Shown: positions 38,962 to 50,638, counted from the whole stretch's first letter. The stretch is DNA of 63,604 nt, filler included, from Octopus bimaculoides (GCF_001194135.2; 4 parts of 4 records of this genome joined end to end with filler, not necessarily neighbours in it), one strand, 5' to 3'. Program-made: numbers and translations. Notes: generated from the sequence alone by a model not told the origin.

Positions 38962-39138
38962 GTGACACACGAAACCTGTGTCCTTTATAACCTTCGAACA
39001 GGGGAGGTCAGCAGTGTCCCCCTGCTGGTTTGGCATCTGCAGACTAGTTTCAGGGTGTTGCCCCTTGTCAACGCAGAGCAGCCAAGCCTTAGCCAGGCGG
39101 CGCTGCTGACTATCTGCTCGAAGGTTATTTATCTAATT
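38962..39138 (-). mobile_element. CpG-rich unique segment, possibly the 5' part of the 38010 element
   Basis: It sits at the other side of the same gap and has intact CpGs. Near-identical 12-mers (tcatatgtatat 37998-38009, tcatatatatat 39139-39150) could be a TSD. Confidence 0.3.
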
Positions 39139-39189
39139 TCATATATATATATATATACATATGGGAGATGGACAGACAATACATGCGTG

Positions 39190-39543
39190 CAATACATCTA
39201 GACTGTAGGGTATTTCTAAAGTTTTCAGCTTGGGAGGTATTGAACCCAAAGCTCCGATGACAATAGGGATAACCTTTATGTTTGACTCTCGTAGCTGCCA
39301 CATCTTAGCGATCTCAATTCTCAGCTCTCCATATTTATCAACTTTTTTCTCTTTTTTCATGATGATGTGTTTTTCTCCTGGCATTGCTACATCGATTATT
39401 AGGCCCTCTTGTTTGTCCCTCCTAAAGGTTACCATATTTGGCCTTCGGTACTCTAATACCTTGTCTGTCTGGAAGTCAAAGTCCCATAGGATCTTTGCCT
39501 TCCCCTTTTCATCCATTACCTTGTCCGGTGTATCTTGGTACCA
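39190..39543 (-). mobile_element. R4/Dong-type non-LTR retrotransposon, restriction-like endonuclease C-terminal fragment
   Basis: WYQDTPDKVMDEKGKAKILWDFDFQTDKVLEYRRPNMV...IIDVAMP...KKVDKYGELRIEIAKMWQL...VIPIVIGALG, the ILWDF / RPD / IIDVAxP / EKxxKY / IGALG signature. Confidence 0.85.
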
Positions 39544-39770
39544 GGTAGCAAGTCAGCAGAATTGTTACCATGCTGGACAAAATGCTTAACAACATTTTTT
39601 TCTTTTTTTCTGAATCTTTATGCTCTGAGTTCAAATTCTGCTGAGGTTAACTTTGCCTTTCATCCTTTCTGGGTCAATAAAGTAAAGTACCAGTTAACTC
39701 CAAGGGTTAATCTATTCAATTTGCCTCCTCTCTTGCTGGCCTAGAGCCAAAATTAAAAAGAATTGTTATC
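39544..39770 (+). mobile_element. SINE family A abutting the Dong fragment
   Basis: gcagaattgttaccatgctggacaaaatgctta...gagttcaaattctgctgaggttaactttgcctttcatcctttctgggtcaataaag. Confidence 0.8.
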
Positions 39771-39875
39771 ATTAGTGTTGTCGTTGTTTTGGTGTGACAG
39801 TCAAACAGTAAATTGGCACAATCTGAAGTGCCAAAAAATTCTTGGACTTTTGCCTAATTTAAAAATCAATATTAT

Positions 39876-39996
39876 TTGGCAGAATCAATAGTTCTACAGA
39901 CAATATATCTTGAAGCATTTACATTCTGAGTTCAAATCCTGCTAAGATTCACTGTGTCTTTCATCTATTTTGTCAGGTTTAATGAAATAAGTATTT
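39876..39996 (+). mobile_element. SINE family A, degenerate
   Basis: ttggcagaatc...tacattctgagttcaaatcctgc...tctttcatc...aaataagta. Confidence 0.6.
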
Positions 39997-40119
39997 AATT
40001 AAGTGGTAGTTATGTTACGGTACTTAATTAACTATAATCAACTATTCTCTTCCTGTCTCCTAAAATTTCTCTTTACTTTTTGGAGGAGTAACATCAATCC
40101 TTAAATATTAATAATAATA

Positions 40120-40155
<36 letters not shown>

Positions 40156-40885
40156 GCAGGTATATATATATATATANNNNNNNNNNNNNNNNNNNNNNNN
40201 NNNNNNNNNNNNNNNNNNNNNNNNNNNNNNNNNNNNNNNNNNNNNNNNNNNNNNNNNNNNNNNNNNNNNNNNNNNNNNNNNNNNNNNNNNNNNNNNNNNN
40301 NNNNNNNNNNNNNNNNNNNNNNNNNNNNNNNNNNNNNNNNNNNNNNNNNNNNNNNNNNNNNNNNNNNNNNNNNNNNNNNNNNNNNNNNNNNNNNNNNNNN
40401 NNNNNNNNNNNNNNNNNNNNNNNNNNNNNNNNNNNNNNNNNNNNNNNNNNNNNNNNNNNNNNNNNNNNNNNNNNNNNNNNNNNNNNNNNNNNNNNNNNNN
40501 NNNNNNNNNNNNNNNNNNNNNNNNNNNNNNNNNNNNNNNNNNNNNNNNNNNNNNNNNNNNNNNNNNNNNNNNNNNNNNNNNNNNNNNNNNNNNNNNNNNN
40601 NNNNNNNNNNNNNNNNNNNNNNNNNNNNNNNNNNNNNNNNNNNNNNNNNNNNNNNNNNNNNNNNNNNNNNNNNNNNNNNNNNNNNNNNNNNNNNNNNNNN
40701 NNAAGTATTAAAAGTTAAGGAATGTACGATGTCTCAGAATTCCTTTGTTTCGGCTTCATTTTGCTGGCAATATTTTTGTATTGAATAGCAATTTTTCTCC
40801 TTTTTTACATCAGACCAGTTACAACATCTTGCAGCCATCTTACAGGCTTCTTATACACATATACAGACATGGACCGACAGGGGAA

Positions 40886-40924
<39 letters not shown>

Positions 40925-40958
40925 TCTCTCTCCCTCTCTCTTGCTCTGTTTCATACAC

Positions 40959-40999
<41 letters not shown>

Positions 41000-41136
41000 G
41001 ACACACACTCTCTCTCTTACTCTCTGTCTCATACACTCACACACACAGTCTCTTTCTCTCTGTCTCTTTCTCTCTCTCTCACATGCACACACACTCTCTC
41101 TCTCTCTTACTCTGTCTCATACACACACAGTTTCTT

Positions 41137-41167
<31 letters not shown>

Positions 41168-41482
41168 CGTTCATTGAGCATGTCAGTGTATGTGTCTACG
41201 TGTATGTATGTGTATGTGTTAGTGACTCTGTCTTTGTGAGGGTTTATAGATTTGTGTATGTGTAAAGGATGTGCTTGCCTCTGTGGGAGGTGTGTATGCA
41301 TGTATGTGCATATGTGTGTGTTTGTGTGTGTATTTATGTATGTGTGTGTGTGTGCATGTGTTCATGACTGTAGATGAGTAGACATGTGTGGGTGTGTGAG
41401 TCTGTCTTTGTATGTAAACATTGATATATTTACATGGAAGAGATGTATTGTGTGTTTGCCTCTGTAGGAGGTGTGTATGTGC

Positions 41483-41520
<38 letters not shown>

Positions 41521-41767
41521 CCATGTCTCTGTTTCAGGTTTACATGTTTCTATGCATGTATGTATCTGTGTGTTTGGTGGGTGGCAGGGGTTTTGCATGT
41601 GTGTGTGTGTGTGTGTGGAGGTGGGTATGCGTGGGTGTAATGTCTGTTTATTCGGTGAATTTACATGCAATTCACATTAATGTCACTATCACCCAGCACT
41701 ACTGTTCATCAACACCAATAAACACCACCACTACCACCACGGTCCACCCCTTTCTCCTCCTTGTCCA

Positions 41768-41875
41768 CCACTGCCACCACCACTGTCTCCTCTCTTTCCC
41801 TCTTTCCCCTCCTCCTCCTCCACTGCCACCACCACTGTCTCCTCTCTTTCCCTCTTTCCCCTCCTCCTCCTCCTC
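41768..41875 (+). repeat. ~52-bp tandem duplication
   Basis: ccactgccaccaccactgtctcctctctttccctctttcccctcctcctcct occurs twice in tandem. Confidence 0.8.
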
Positions 41876-41931
41876 TGCCACCACTCTCAACCATGTCATG
41901 GTCAATACGATTCTTGTAAAAGGAAAATAAA

Positions 41932-42126
41932 TATGAAGGGCTGCTGAAAAGTTCCTGGTTTAAGGCTCTCATGAAAGGCCTGGCTGGAGGCCCAGCTTTC
42001 TGAGTTCTTTTACAGGCCTTAGAAAAACTGAAGGACTACTGCAATAAGTGTGCGAATCATAATTAATTGATCCTCTTGTATTTTCATTTACCAAAAGCCA
42101 GGAACTTTTCAGTACCCTTTTGCATA
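41932..42126 (+). mobile_element. Mariner-derived MITE (~195 bp) with both TIRs
   Basis: Left TATGAAGGGCTGCTGAAAAGTTCCTGG versus the reverse complement of the right end AAAGGGTACTGAAAAGTTCCTGG. The internal LEKLKDYCNKCAN resembles the mariner transposase C-terminus. Confidence 0.75.
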
Positions 42127-42140
42127 TTATGTATCTATAT

Positions 42141-42532
42141 CTTCAGGCAATAACAGAGGAATTCAAGATAGGCTGGCCTTGGGAACTCCTTTCTGCTAAT
42201 GACCTTGTTCTTATAGCTGAATCGCTACCTGAACTAGAGAAGAAGTTTCAGGTGTGGAAGCAAGGTCGAGACTTGAAGGGGACCAAAGTCTTAGTAAGTA
42301 GGAAGGCAGACACATCACAAGTCCCCTCAGGTAAATGGCTCTGTTCAATCTGTAGGAAAGGTGTAGGTAGAAGTCCCATAAGATGTACCTGGTGTAAGCT
42401 ATGAACTCATAAGAGGTGCAGCAATATCAGAGGAAGGTTAACAGGGAAAATAGATTTTGTGTATGGTAGGTGCACAGGTACAATTAACACTAAAACATGC
42501 AGAAAATAGACTCCATCAAATGCCAAGGGAGA
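42141..42532 (+). mobile_element. Degenerate RTE-clade LINE fragment (RT YADD region plus PHD-like finger)
   Basis: LQAITEEFKIGWPWELLSANDLVLIAESLPELEKKFQVWKQG (YADD decayed to SAND), then GKWLCSICRKGVGRSPIRCTWCKL*THKRCS. Same family as 36290-36990. Confidence 0.85.
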
Positions 42533-42571
42533 ATACTCCTCCACTACTGTTCTGACCTCGTCTACAGAATT

Positions 42572-42836
42572 CATTCTATCAGTCTCTTTTGCGGAACCGC
42601 TAAGTTACGGGGATGTAAACACACCAACATCGGTTGTCAAGCGAAGGTGGTGGGGACAAACACAAATACATACATATATATGGCAGGCTTCTCTCAGTTT
42701 TCTCTCAGGTCACTCACAAGGCTTTGGTTGGCCCGAGGCTACAGTAGAAGACACTTGCACAAGGTACCACACAGTGGGACTGAACCTGGAACCATGTGGT
42801 TGAAAAGTAAACTTCTTACCACATGGCCACTCCTGC
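42572..42836 (-). mobile_element. Composite SINE family BC
   Basis: 3' module (gaaccgctaagttacggggatgtaaacacacc), a short AT/AC tract and the head (gtagaagacacttgcacaagg...ggactgaacctggaaccatgtgg), contiguous. Confidence 0.85.
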
Positions 42837-43315
42837 ACTTATATAACACACACACACACACACACACCCATATACACATGTATGCAGGCACAAATTCCAA
42901 TACATATTTCCTCCTGTTATACCATGTGCTCGATGCTGACATATAATTCCTTGTTTATCGCCATGGTTACCATGTGCAGCAGAGTGGAACAGATTTGTCT
43001 CTTGGTAATACAGAAAAAAAAAAACATAAGAAAGAAAACGTAAACGTAGGTTGGGTGACATGAAGTCAACTATGATGATGATGATGATGACGATGATGAT
43101 GATGCTGATGACAATAGTGGTGGTGATGATAATGATACTGATTGTGATGATGATGCTGTTAGTGGTGGTGGTGGTGGTGGTGGTCATGGTGGTGACGATT
43201 ATCAGGATGTTAATTAGAATGTCTAATTGCACCGACTCAGTCTTTGTCAGCCGACAGCATTTTTACATTGAGAGAAGATTAACTTTCATCAGACAAGCTT
43301 TGAGACGACGAAATA

Positions 43316-43366
<51 letters not shown>

Positions 43367-44451
43367 NNNNNNNNNNNNNNNNNNNNNNNNNNNNNNNNNN
43401 NNNNNNNNNNNNNNNNNNNNNNNNNNNNNNNNNNNNNNNNNNNNNNNNNNNNNNNNNNNNNNNNNNNNNNNNNNNNNNNNNNNNNNNNNNNNNNNNNNNN
43501 NNNNNNNNNNNNNNNNNNNNNNNNNNNNNNNNNNNNNNNNNNNNNNNNNNNNNNNNNNNNNNNNNNNNNNNNNNNNNNNNNNNNNNNNNNNNNNNNNNNN
43601 NNNNNNNNNNNNNNNNNNNNNNNNNNNNNNNNNNNNNNNNNNNNNNNNNNNNNNNNNNNNNNNNNNNNNNNNNNNNNNNNNNNNNNNNNNNNNNNNNNNN
43701 NNNNNNNNNNNNNNNNNNNNNNNNNNNNNNNNNNNNNNNNNNNNNNNNNNNNNNNNNNNNNNNNNNNNNNNNNNNNNNNNNNNNNNNNNNNNNNNNNNNN
43801 NNNNNNNNNNNNNNNNNNNNNNNNNNNNNNNNNNNNNNNNNNNNNNNNNNNNNNNNNNNNNNNNNNNNNNNNNNNNNNNNNNNNNNNNNNNNNNNNNNNN
43901 NNNNNNNNNNNNNNNNNNNNNNNNNNNNNNNNNNNNNNNNNNNNNNNNNNNNNNNNNNNNNNNNNNNNNNNNNNNNNNNNNNNNNNNNNNNNNNNNNNNN
44001 NNNNNNNNNNNNNNNNNNNNNNNNNNNNNNNNNNNNNNNNNNNNNNNNNNNNNNNNNNNNNNNNNNNNNNNNNNNNNNNNNNNNNNNNNNNNNNNNNNNN
44101 NNNNNNNNNNNNNNNNNNNNNNNNNNNNNNNNNNNNNNNNNNNNNNNNNNNNNNNNNNNNNNNNNNNNNNNNNNNNNNNNNNNNNNNNNNNNNNNNNNNN
44201 NNNNNNNNNNNNNNNNNNNNNNNNNNNNNNNNNNNNNNNNNNNNNNNNNNNNNNNNNNNNNNNNNNNNNNNNNNNNNNNNNNNNNNNNNNNNNNNNNNNN
44301 NNNNCCACCACCACCACCACCACCACCATCTACCACCACCACCATCACTGCCACTGCCACACCCCCAACCACCGCCACCGCCACCACCATGCCTCACTGC
44401 TGCCACTGCTCCTCCTAAGCACAGACAGCATGCGACATGTTCCTTCAAGAC

Positions 44452-44648
44452 CATCACCGGTGCCAGGCTGTATCGGCCCCTTTGCCTTTCCCTTGGACAA
44501 CAATGGTGGTGTGAAGAGGGGAGGCCGGTATGCATGGACGACTGATGGTCTTCCATAAACAACTTTGCTTGGACTTGTGCCTCGGAGGGTAACATTCTAG
44601 GTGTAATCCCATGGTCAGTCATGACCAAAGGGGGTCTTTACCCCTTTT
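44452..44648 (+). mobile_element. Probable SINE 3' half (CORE-SINE variant tail)
   Basis: ggtgccaggctgtatcggcccctttgcctttcccttgg...ggtcttccataaacaac...aatcccatggtcagtcatgaccaaagggggtc. I recall this as a recurrent octopus repeat but it is single-copy here. Confidence 0.4.
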
Positions 44649-44652
44649 TACT

Positions 44653-44812
44653 AATAATTATTGGAGCATGTGATGATGAGACTGATTGCCTCAGGACCAT
44701 TCTTGAGAAACTAGGATTCATAAAACCAGAAAGAACATGCTTAATAAGATTACAACAAATTGTCAAAGGAACAATCAAAATATGTGAAACATTCGTGAAG
44801 TTTAGCATGTAA
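44653..44812 (+). mobile_element. C-terminal fragment of another RLE-type (R2/R4/NeSL/CRE group) LINE
   Basis: IIIGACD...CLRTILEKLGF...LIRLQQIVKGTIKICETFVKF resembles the terminal IIxGAxG...LGF...LQ...GTxKICxTF motif. Confidence 0.5.
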
Positions 44813-46076
44813 TGAGAGCCACACATAGAATGACATTCAGGTGTTTATGCACACATGTATGTATAGACATACATGAACACTTAGATTTACATACATACAT
44901 GTATGCATACATATATATATATGTATGTGCATATATACATATACATATATATATATGTACATATATGTGATACTACACAGTTTGATGTCTGAATTACAAT
45001 GAAAGTCTTACTTTCAGGCTAGAAACTGGCTCCTTCTCTATCGGTAAAGAATTTGAAACATAAAACCAAGAAGGAATATCCACATGCACACACACATACA
45101 CAAACACACACATACACATATGTACATATATACATTTTGTTACACAAACATTGTATTCATATGAACCTGTATATATATATATATGCACATATATATATAT
45201 ATATATATATANNNNNNNNNNNNNNNNNNNNNNNNNNNNNNNNNNNNNNNNNNNNNNNNNNNNNNNNNNNNNNNNNNNNNNNNNNNNNNNNNNNNNNNNN
45301 NNNNNNNNNNNNNNNNNNNNNNNNNNNNNNNNNNNNNNNNNNNNNNNNNNNNNNNNNNNNNNNNNNNNNNNNNNNNNNNNNNNNNNNNNNNNNNNNNNNN
45401 NNNNNNNNNNNNNNNNNNNNNNNNNNNNNNNNNNNNNNNNNNNNNNNNNNNNNNNNNNNNNNNNNNNNNNNNNNNNNNNNNNNNNNNNNNNNNNNNNNNN
45501 NNNNNNNNNNNNNNNNNNNNNNNNNNNNNNNNNNNNNNNNNNNNNNNNNNNNNNNNNNNNNNNNNNNNNNNNNNNNNNNNNNNNNNNNNNNNNNNNNNNN
45601 NNNNNNNNNNNNNNNNNNNNNNNNNNNNNNNNNNNNNNNNNNNNNNNNNNNNNNNNNNNNNNNNNNNNNNNNNNNNNNNNNNNNNNNNNNNNNNNNNNNN
45701 NNNNNNNNNNNNNNNNNNNNNNNNNNNNNNNNNNNNNNNNNNNNNNNNNNNNNNNNNNNNNNNNNNNNNNNNNNNNNNNNNNNNNNNNNNNNNNNNNNNN
45801 NNNNNNNNNNNNNNNNNNNNNNNNNNNNNNNNNNNTTCATTGATTGATAACAAGATGCTGACAAATTAAAACAATAACAGCAGAAACTGATGGATATACA
45901 GCAATGACGATGGCGGCGGCGGCGGCGGCGGTGGGGATGGCGTGTGTGTATGTGTGTGTGTGTGTGTGGCTGAAGAGGCAGAGATGCAGAAATGGTTGGA
46001 TGGCAATATGTGAGACAGAAAGAGAGAGAGAGAGAGAGAAATTGTGGAGGGTAGGGGAATGGGTGAATAGCTGTGT

Positions 46077-46116
<40 letters not shown>

Positions 46117-46692
46117 AGGGAGAGACAGACAGCCAGGCAAACACAAAGAGATTGTAGAGGTTGGCAAGGTGAATGGTTAAATGGCAATGTGCGTGTGCGT
46201 GTGTGTGCGCGTGTGCGTGTGTGTGTGCGTGTGCGTGTGAAAAAGGAGGTGAGAGAGAGAGAGAGAAAGACAGTGACAGGGGTAGGGTTGAATAACAACA
46301 CATGTGTATGCGTGTGTATGCATGTGTGTGTGTGTGTGTGTGTGTGACTGGTTGAATCGCAATGCGTGTTTGTGATGTTCTCGCTGTATGTGTACTTATG
46401 TGTGTAACTGTCAAGGGTGGATGGGTGAATGACCAAGTGGTGATGTGTATGTATAGACACACACACACATATATACGTATACAGCCACAGTTATAAACTC
46501 TTTGTGTGTGTGTGTGTGCGTATGGATTGGTTTGGATTGGTCATCTCCAGTCCAGTGCAGGACGCAGGCCTCAGCATGTTCTCTCCCCCAACTTGACATC
46601 ATGCTGGTTTGATGTGCCAACTCTTCTACAGTGGCTTGACATGGCTTGGTGGAGGGTTGCAGGTTTTATACTCTTACGTTGGGGCCGTTATG

Positions 46693-46773
46693 TCAACTGA
46701 CATCAACCCCAGTACATGACTGGTACTTATTTTATCGACCCTGAAAGGATGAAAGCTAAAGTTGACTTTAGCA

Positions 46774-46777
<4 letters not shown>
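46693..46777 (-). mobile_element. SINE family A central domain
   Basis: gactggtacttattttatcgaccctgaaaggatgaaagctaaagttgac is the reverse complement of the central domain. Confidence 0.75.
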
Positions 46778-46824
<47 letters not shown>

Positions 46825-46837
46825 TATATACATATAT

Positions 46838-46904
<67 letters not shown>

Positions 46905-47497
46905 TAGATATACACACACACATCCATATACACATAAAAAAGAGTAAGAAAGACATAGAAAGCAAGAGAAATAGATAGACTGATAGATAGATAGACACAC
47001 AGACAGATAGATAGATAGATAAAGAGACAAACAGGCAGAAATCTATCAATCCCCCCAGGACTTTGGGTGAAAAATATTCTTAAGGTCAACATTTATTTCT
47101 CTTTATTTTCTCACAACAATTTCTTCATCTTCTTGCTAATTCAATTGTAGACAAAATTAATTACAGCTAACTTAATTAAAAAGTTCAAGACGTCCACTAC
47201 ATTTTGAGATATTTTAATAGAAAATAGTTTGTGCTAAAAAAAAAAAAAAAAAAGTATGGTAAAATACATGTTCAAAGCAATAGAATGATTCTAAGCTATA
47301 TAGTTTCTTATTTCTAAATTATTTTTGGTTTTAATTGAATTTAAATAAAATATCTGAATGAGATGAACTTAATTCTGTAATTTTCATCCAAATTGGTTCT
47401 GTAGAAAATTACTGACAGTGCAAAAAATGGTCATTAATAAGAATTTGACTGAAATTTTTAAGCCATAACACTTCAGTTGTTTGTAAAAAATATTTGA

Positions 47498-47663
47498 CAG
47501 GTGTAGCATGGGCGTATGGTTAAGAAGCTTGCTTCCTAACCAAATGGTCTCAGGTTCAATTCCAGAGTGTGACACCTTGGGCAGGAGTCTTTTACTATAA
47601 CCAGAGGCTGACCAATGCCTTATAAGTGGATTTGGTAGACAAAAACTGAAAGAAGCCCGTCAT
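47498..47663 (+). mobile_element. SINE family BC head half
   Basis: tggttaagaagcttgcttcc...caggttcaattcc...accttgggcag...gtggatttggtagacaaaaactgaaagaagcccgtc. Confidence 0.85.
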
Positions 47664-48793
47664 ATCTTGTATAATAGATTTTCACAAATATATGTAACTA
47701 CACATGTGCTGTTAGTGATTTCTTTCTTTGTACTTTTCCCTTTTCGACGAAGAGCTAATGCTAAAAACATCAGAAACACCCTCTTTTTTACTTAGCATCA
47801 AACTAATACATTCCATGTGCATGTCCTCTTGTTTGTCATTGTTATTTTAATGTTCATTTATTTCATCTAGATTTAAGAGATGAGGAATTATGTACATTAT
47901 TTACATTAGCGCTGTTTATTAGTGTGCATGTATATGAACCGTATGTGTGTATACCTAAATGTATGTGTGTATGCGTGTGTATGCAAGTATGTATGTGTGT
48001 GTACGAGTGGTAGTTTGTATAATTGTTAGTGAGCATGTGTATGTCCACTCATGCATGTCTAAACGTGTGTGTACATGTGTGTGTGTGGGGGGGGGGTGCA
48101 TACATGACTGTGCATCCGTATGTATGTGAAAATGTGTGAAAGTGTGTGTTAGTGTATGTGTTAGAATGCAAGTGTATGCACATTCATATGTATATGTGTG
48201 CATGTAAATACGTTCATGGTTATGTATTAGTGTGTGTGTGTGTGTGTGTGTGTGTGGCAATTACGAGCAGATGAAATGGAACCCCTAACCTTTTTGTGTC
48301 AGAGGTCACTCCCTTCCACAAAACAGTCCCTGGCTGATCTCAGAGAATGGGCAATGGCTGTAGTACGGGTCAGCAACTACAACCAGCTATTTAGGGCCCT
48401 TTCAGCTCATGCCTGGCTGATCAGCCAACTCAAGCATGACAACGTAATACAGAATCATGTGTGTTGTGTGAATCTCATCAACCTGAAATCTGGACACGAC
48501 TAGAGTACGTATACATATATATACACATGCACACACACACATACACATGCACACACACATCATTATATATCTATATATATAGAGAGAAAGAAAGAGAGAG
48601 AAAGAATGAGAGTGGGAGATCTCAGTTTACCATGTGTTGGATGGGCATACTGCATAGCTATGCATTCATGCACACACACATATATATGTATACATACACA
48701 TACTGTATATATTATGTGTGCATGTGTGTGTATTGATACATATATAAATATATACACATACATATATAGAATATATATGTATATAGGTGTGTG

Positions 48794-48840
<47 letters not shown>

Positions 48841-48875
48841 TATATAGGTGTATGTATGTGTATATATATATGTAT

Positions 48876-48956
48876 GGCCGCTGGCTTTCCTGACCTCAGT
48901 CAAACCGTCCAACCCATGCCAGCATGCAAAACGGACGTTAAATGATGATGATGATG
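48876..48956 (+). mobile_element. Family R 3' end
   Basis: cctcagtcaaaccgtccaacccatgccagcatgcaaaacggacgttaaatgatgatgatg. Confidence 0.8.
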
Positions 48957-48995
48957 TACTTGTGAGCATGTGTGAGTGCAAAGATAGATAGATAT

Positions 48996-49026
<31 letters not shown>

Positions 49027-49038
49027 AACAGACAGACG

Positions 49039-49123
<85 letters not shown>

Positions 49124-49221
49124 GTAGGTAGGTAGATAGATAGATAGGTAGGTAGATAGATAGAGAGAGAGAGAGATAGAGATAGAATTGTTAGGTTGAA
49201 AAGAATCCAAGAATTAATATT

Positions 49222-49500
49222 CCTTACGTCGAACAGTTCCCTTGTCACGTACTCCTGTTTCTTGGTAGCCTTTGGGTTCTCTCCTCTCTCCTCTATCTCT
49301 TCCTCTCTCTCCCGCTCTTTTTCTGTCTGTCTCTCTCTTTATCTATCTCTTCCTTTCGTTGGGTTGGTATCTTTGTTGAAGCTGACAATATATGGAAACT
49401 ACAGCGAGAAAGCTCCGTGGCCGCGGTCCGTGTTTCGTCCCCGACACGGTCGTCACTGCAGGGGACATGTCACGAGTAAGAAAGGGGACGTTTGCGTGTA
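49222..49500 (-). promoter_or_regulatory. CpG-rich block with a strong minus-strand splice donor; candidate non-coding first exon/promoter of the GPCR
   Basis: Minus strand reads ggaactgttcgac|GTAAGG (GT at 49227-49226). The region is locally CpG-dense unique sequence (gtggccgcggtccgtgtttcgtccccgacacggtcg). Confidence 0.3.
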
Positions 49501-49614
49501 TGTGTGTGTGCGTGTGTGTGTTTGTATGTATGTCTGTATGTATCTACGTACGTATGTATTCGTGTATGTATGTATCTATCTGTGTACGTATGTCTGTGTA
49601 TGTATGAGTATATC

Positions 49615-49689
<75 letters not shown>

Positions 49690-49804
49690 TTGTGTAGTCT
49701 ATATAGTTATACACACACAACTAACTCGTACGTACACCCATGAGAGCGATCGAGAGAAAGTGAGATGCGCTCGAAATATTAACGCGTTGATGCTGCTGCT
49801 GTGG

Positions 49805-49888
49805 TTGCTGTTGTTTAGTACCCCCAAGTCAACCCTCATCTGTGTACACCCATTATCAAAGCCAGTCCAGCCGTGTCCATCACGTTTT
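49805..49888. repeat. Short interspersed repeat family E (copy 1)
   Basis: gttgtttagtacccccaagtcaaccctcat...atcaaagccagtccagccgtgtcca aligns with 50357-50440. Confidence 0.45.
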
Positions 49889-50356
49889 GTTTCAGTTGTG
49901 GTCTATGTAGGACTAGATCGTATAACGCGACCTGTTCTGACAGAAGGCGATAGGTCGGGTGTGATTTTTGGGAAAGCAGGCTCGGCTACTGTTTCTAGCA
50001 GTTGGAACGTCCTTGTAGATGCTAGTGTTACTGCTGTGGTTGTTGAGGTTGTTGTGGTTGTTGTTCTTATTCCTGTAGCGATTGTTGTTGCTGTTGCTGC
50101 AGTTGCTGCAGTCACTGCCACTGATGGCTTCTGTCACTGTTGTTGTTGCTGTTGATGATGATGATGATGGTGGTGGTGGAGGTGGTGGTGATGATGGCGG
50201 CGATGGTGGTGGTGGTGGTGGTGGCGGGGAAGATGACACTACTGCTGCTGATAATGATGATGGTGATGGTGGTGGTGGTGGTGGTGGAGCTGGTGGTGGA
50301 GGAATGGTGGCAATGGAGAGGGGGGTTATACTGCTACTGCAGTTGTTATTGTTGCT

Positions 50357-50440
50357 GCTGTTGTCCGACCCCAGGTGATCCTTGATTAAGCAGAATTACG
50401 ATTAAAGTAACTCCAACCGTGGCCAACCTGTCTTTCTTTT
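50357..50440. repeat. Short interspersed repeat family E (copy 2)
   Basis: gttgtccgaccccaggtgatccttgat...attaaagtaactccaaccgtggcca. Confidence 0.45.
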
Positions 50441-50598
50441 CCTTTAAATTTTGGGCATGGGACCGCATTACCAAATGTTTCTTCATTCACTTGTTTTGTT
50501 GTTGTTTTAAAGATAGTAGAATGTGGTTTGAAGAAGATTTGGCTGACCTTTCTAGCAGGTATGGTGACCACGTTAAGGCTCTCCTTAAGAGACAGAAA

Positions 50599-50638
<40 letters not shown>

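Noticed and set aside
39139-39516. Host nuclease gene
   Set aside because: It is the isolated C-terminal RLE domain of a non-LTR retrotransposon, truncated at both ends, with the RPD motif altered to RPN.
49903-50239. Minus-strand Pro/Asn/Thr-rich ORFs near the CpG-rich block
   Set aside because: Built mostly from GGT/GTT/GAT triplet repeats, open in two frames, with no recognisable domain.
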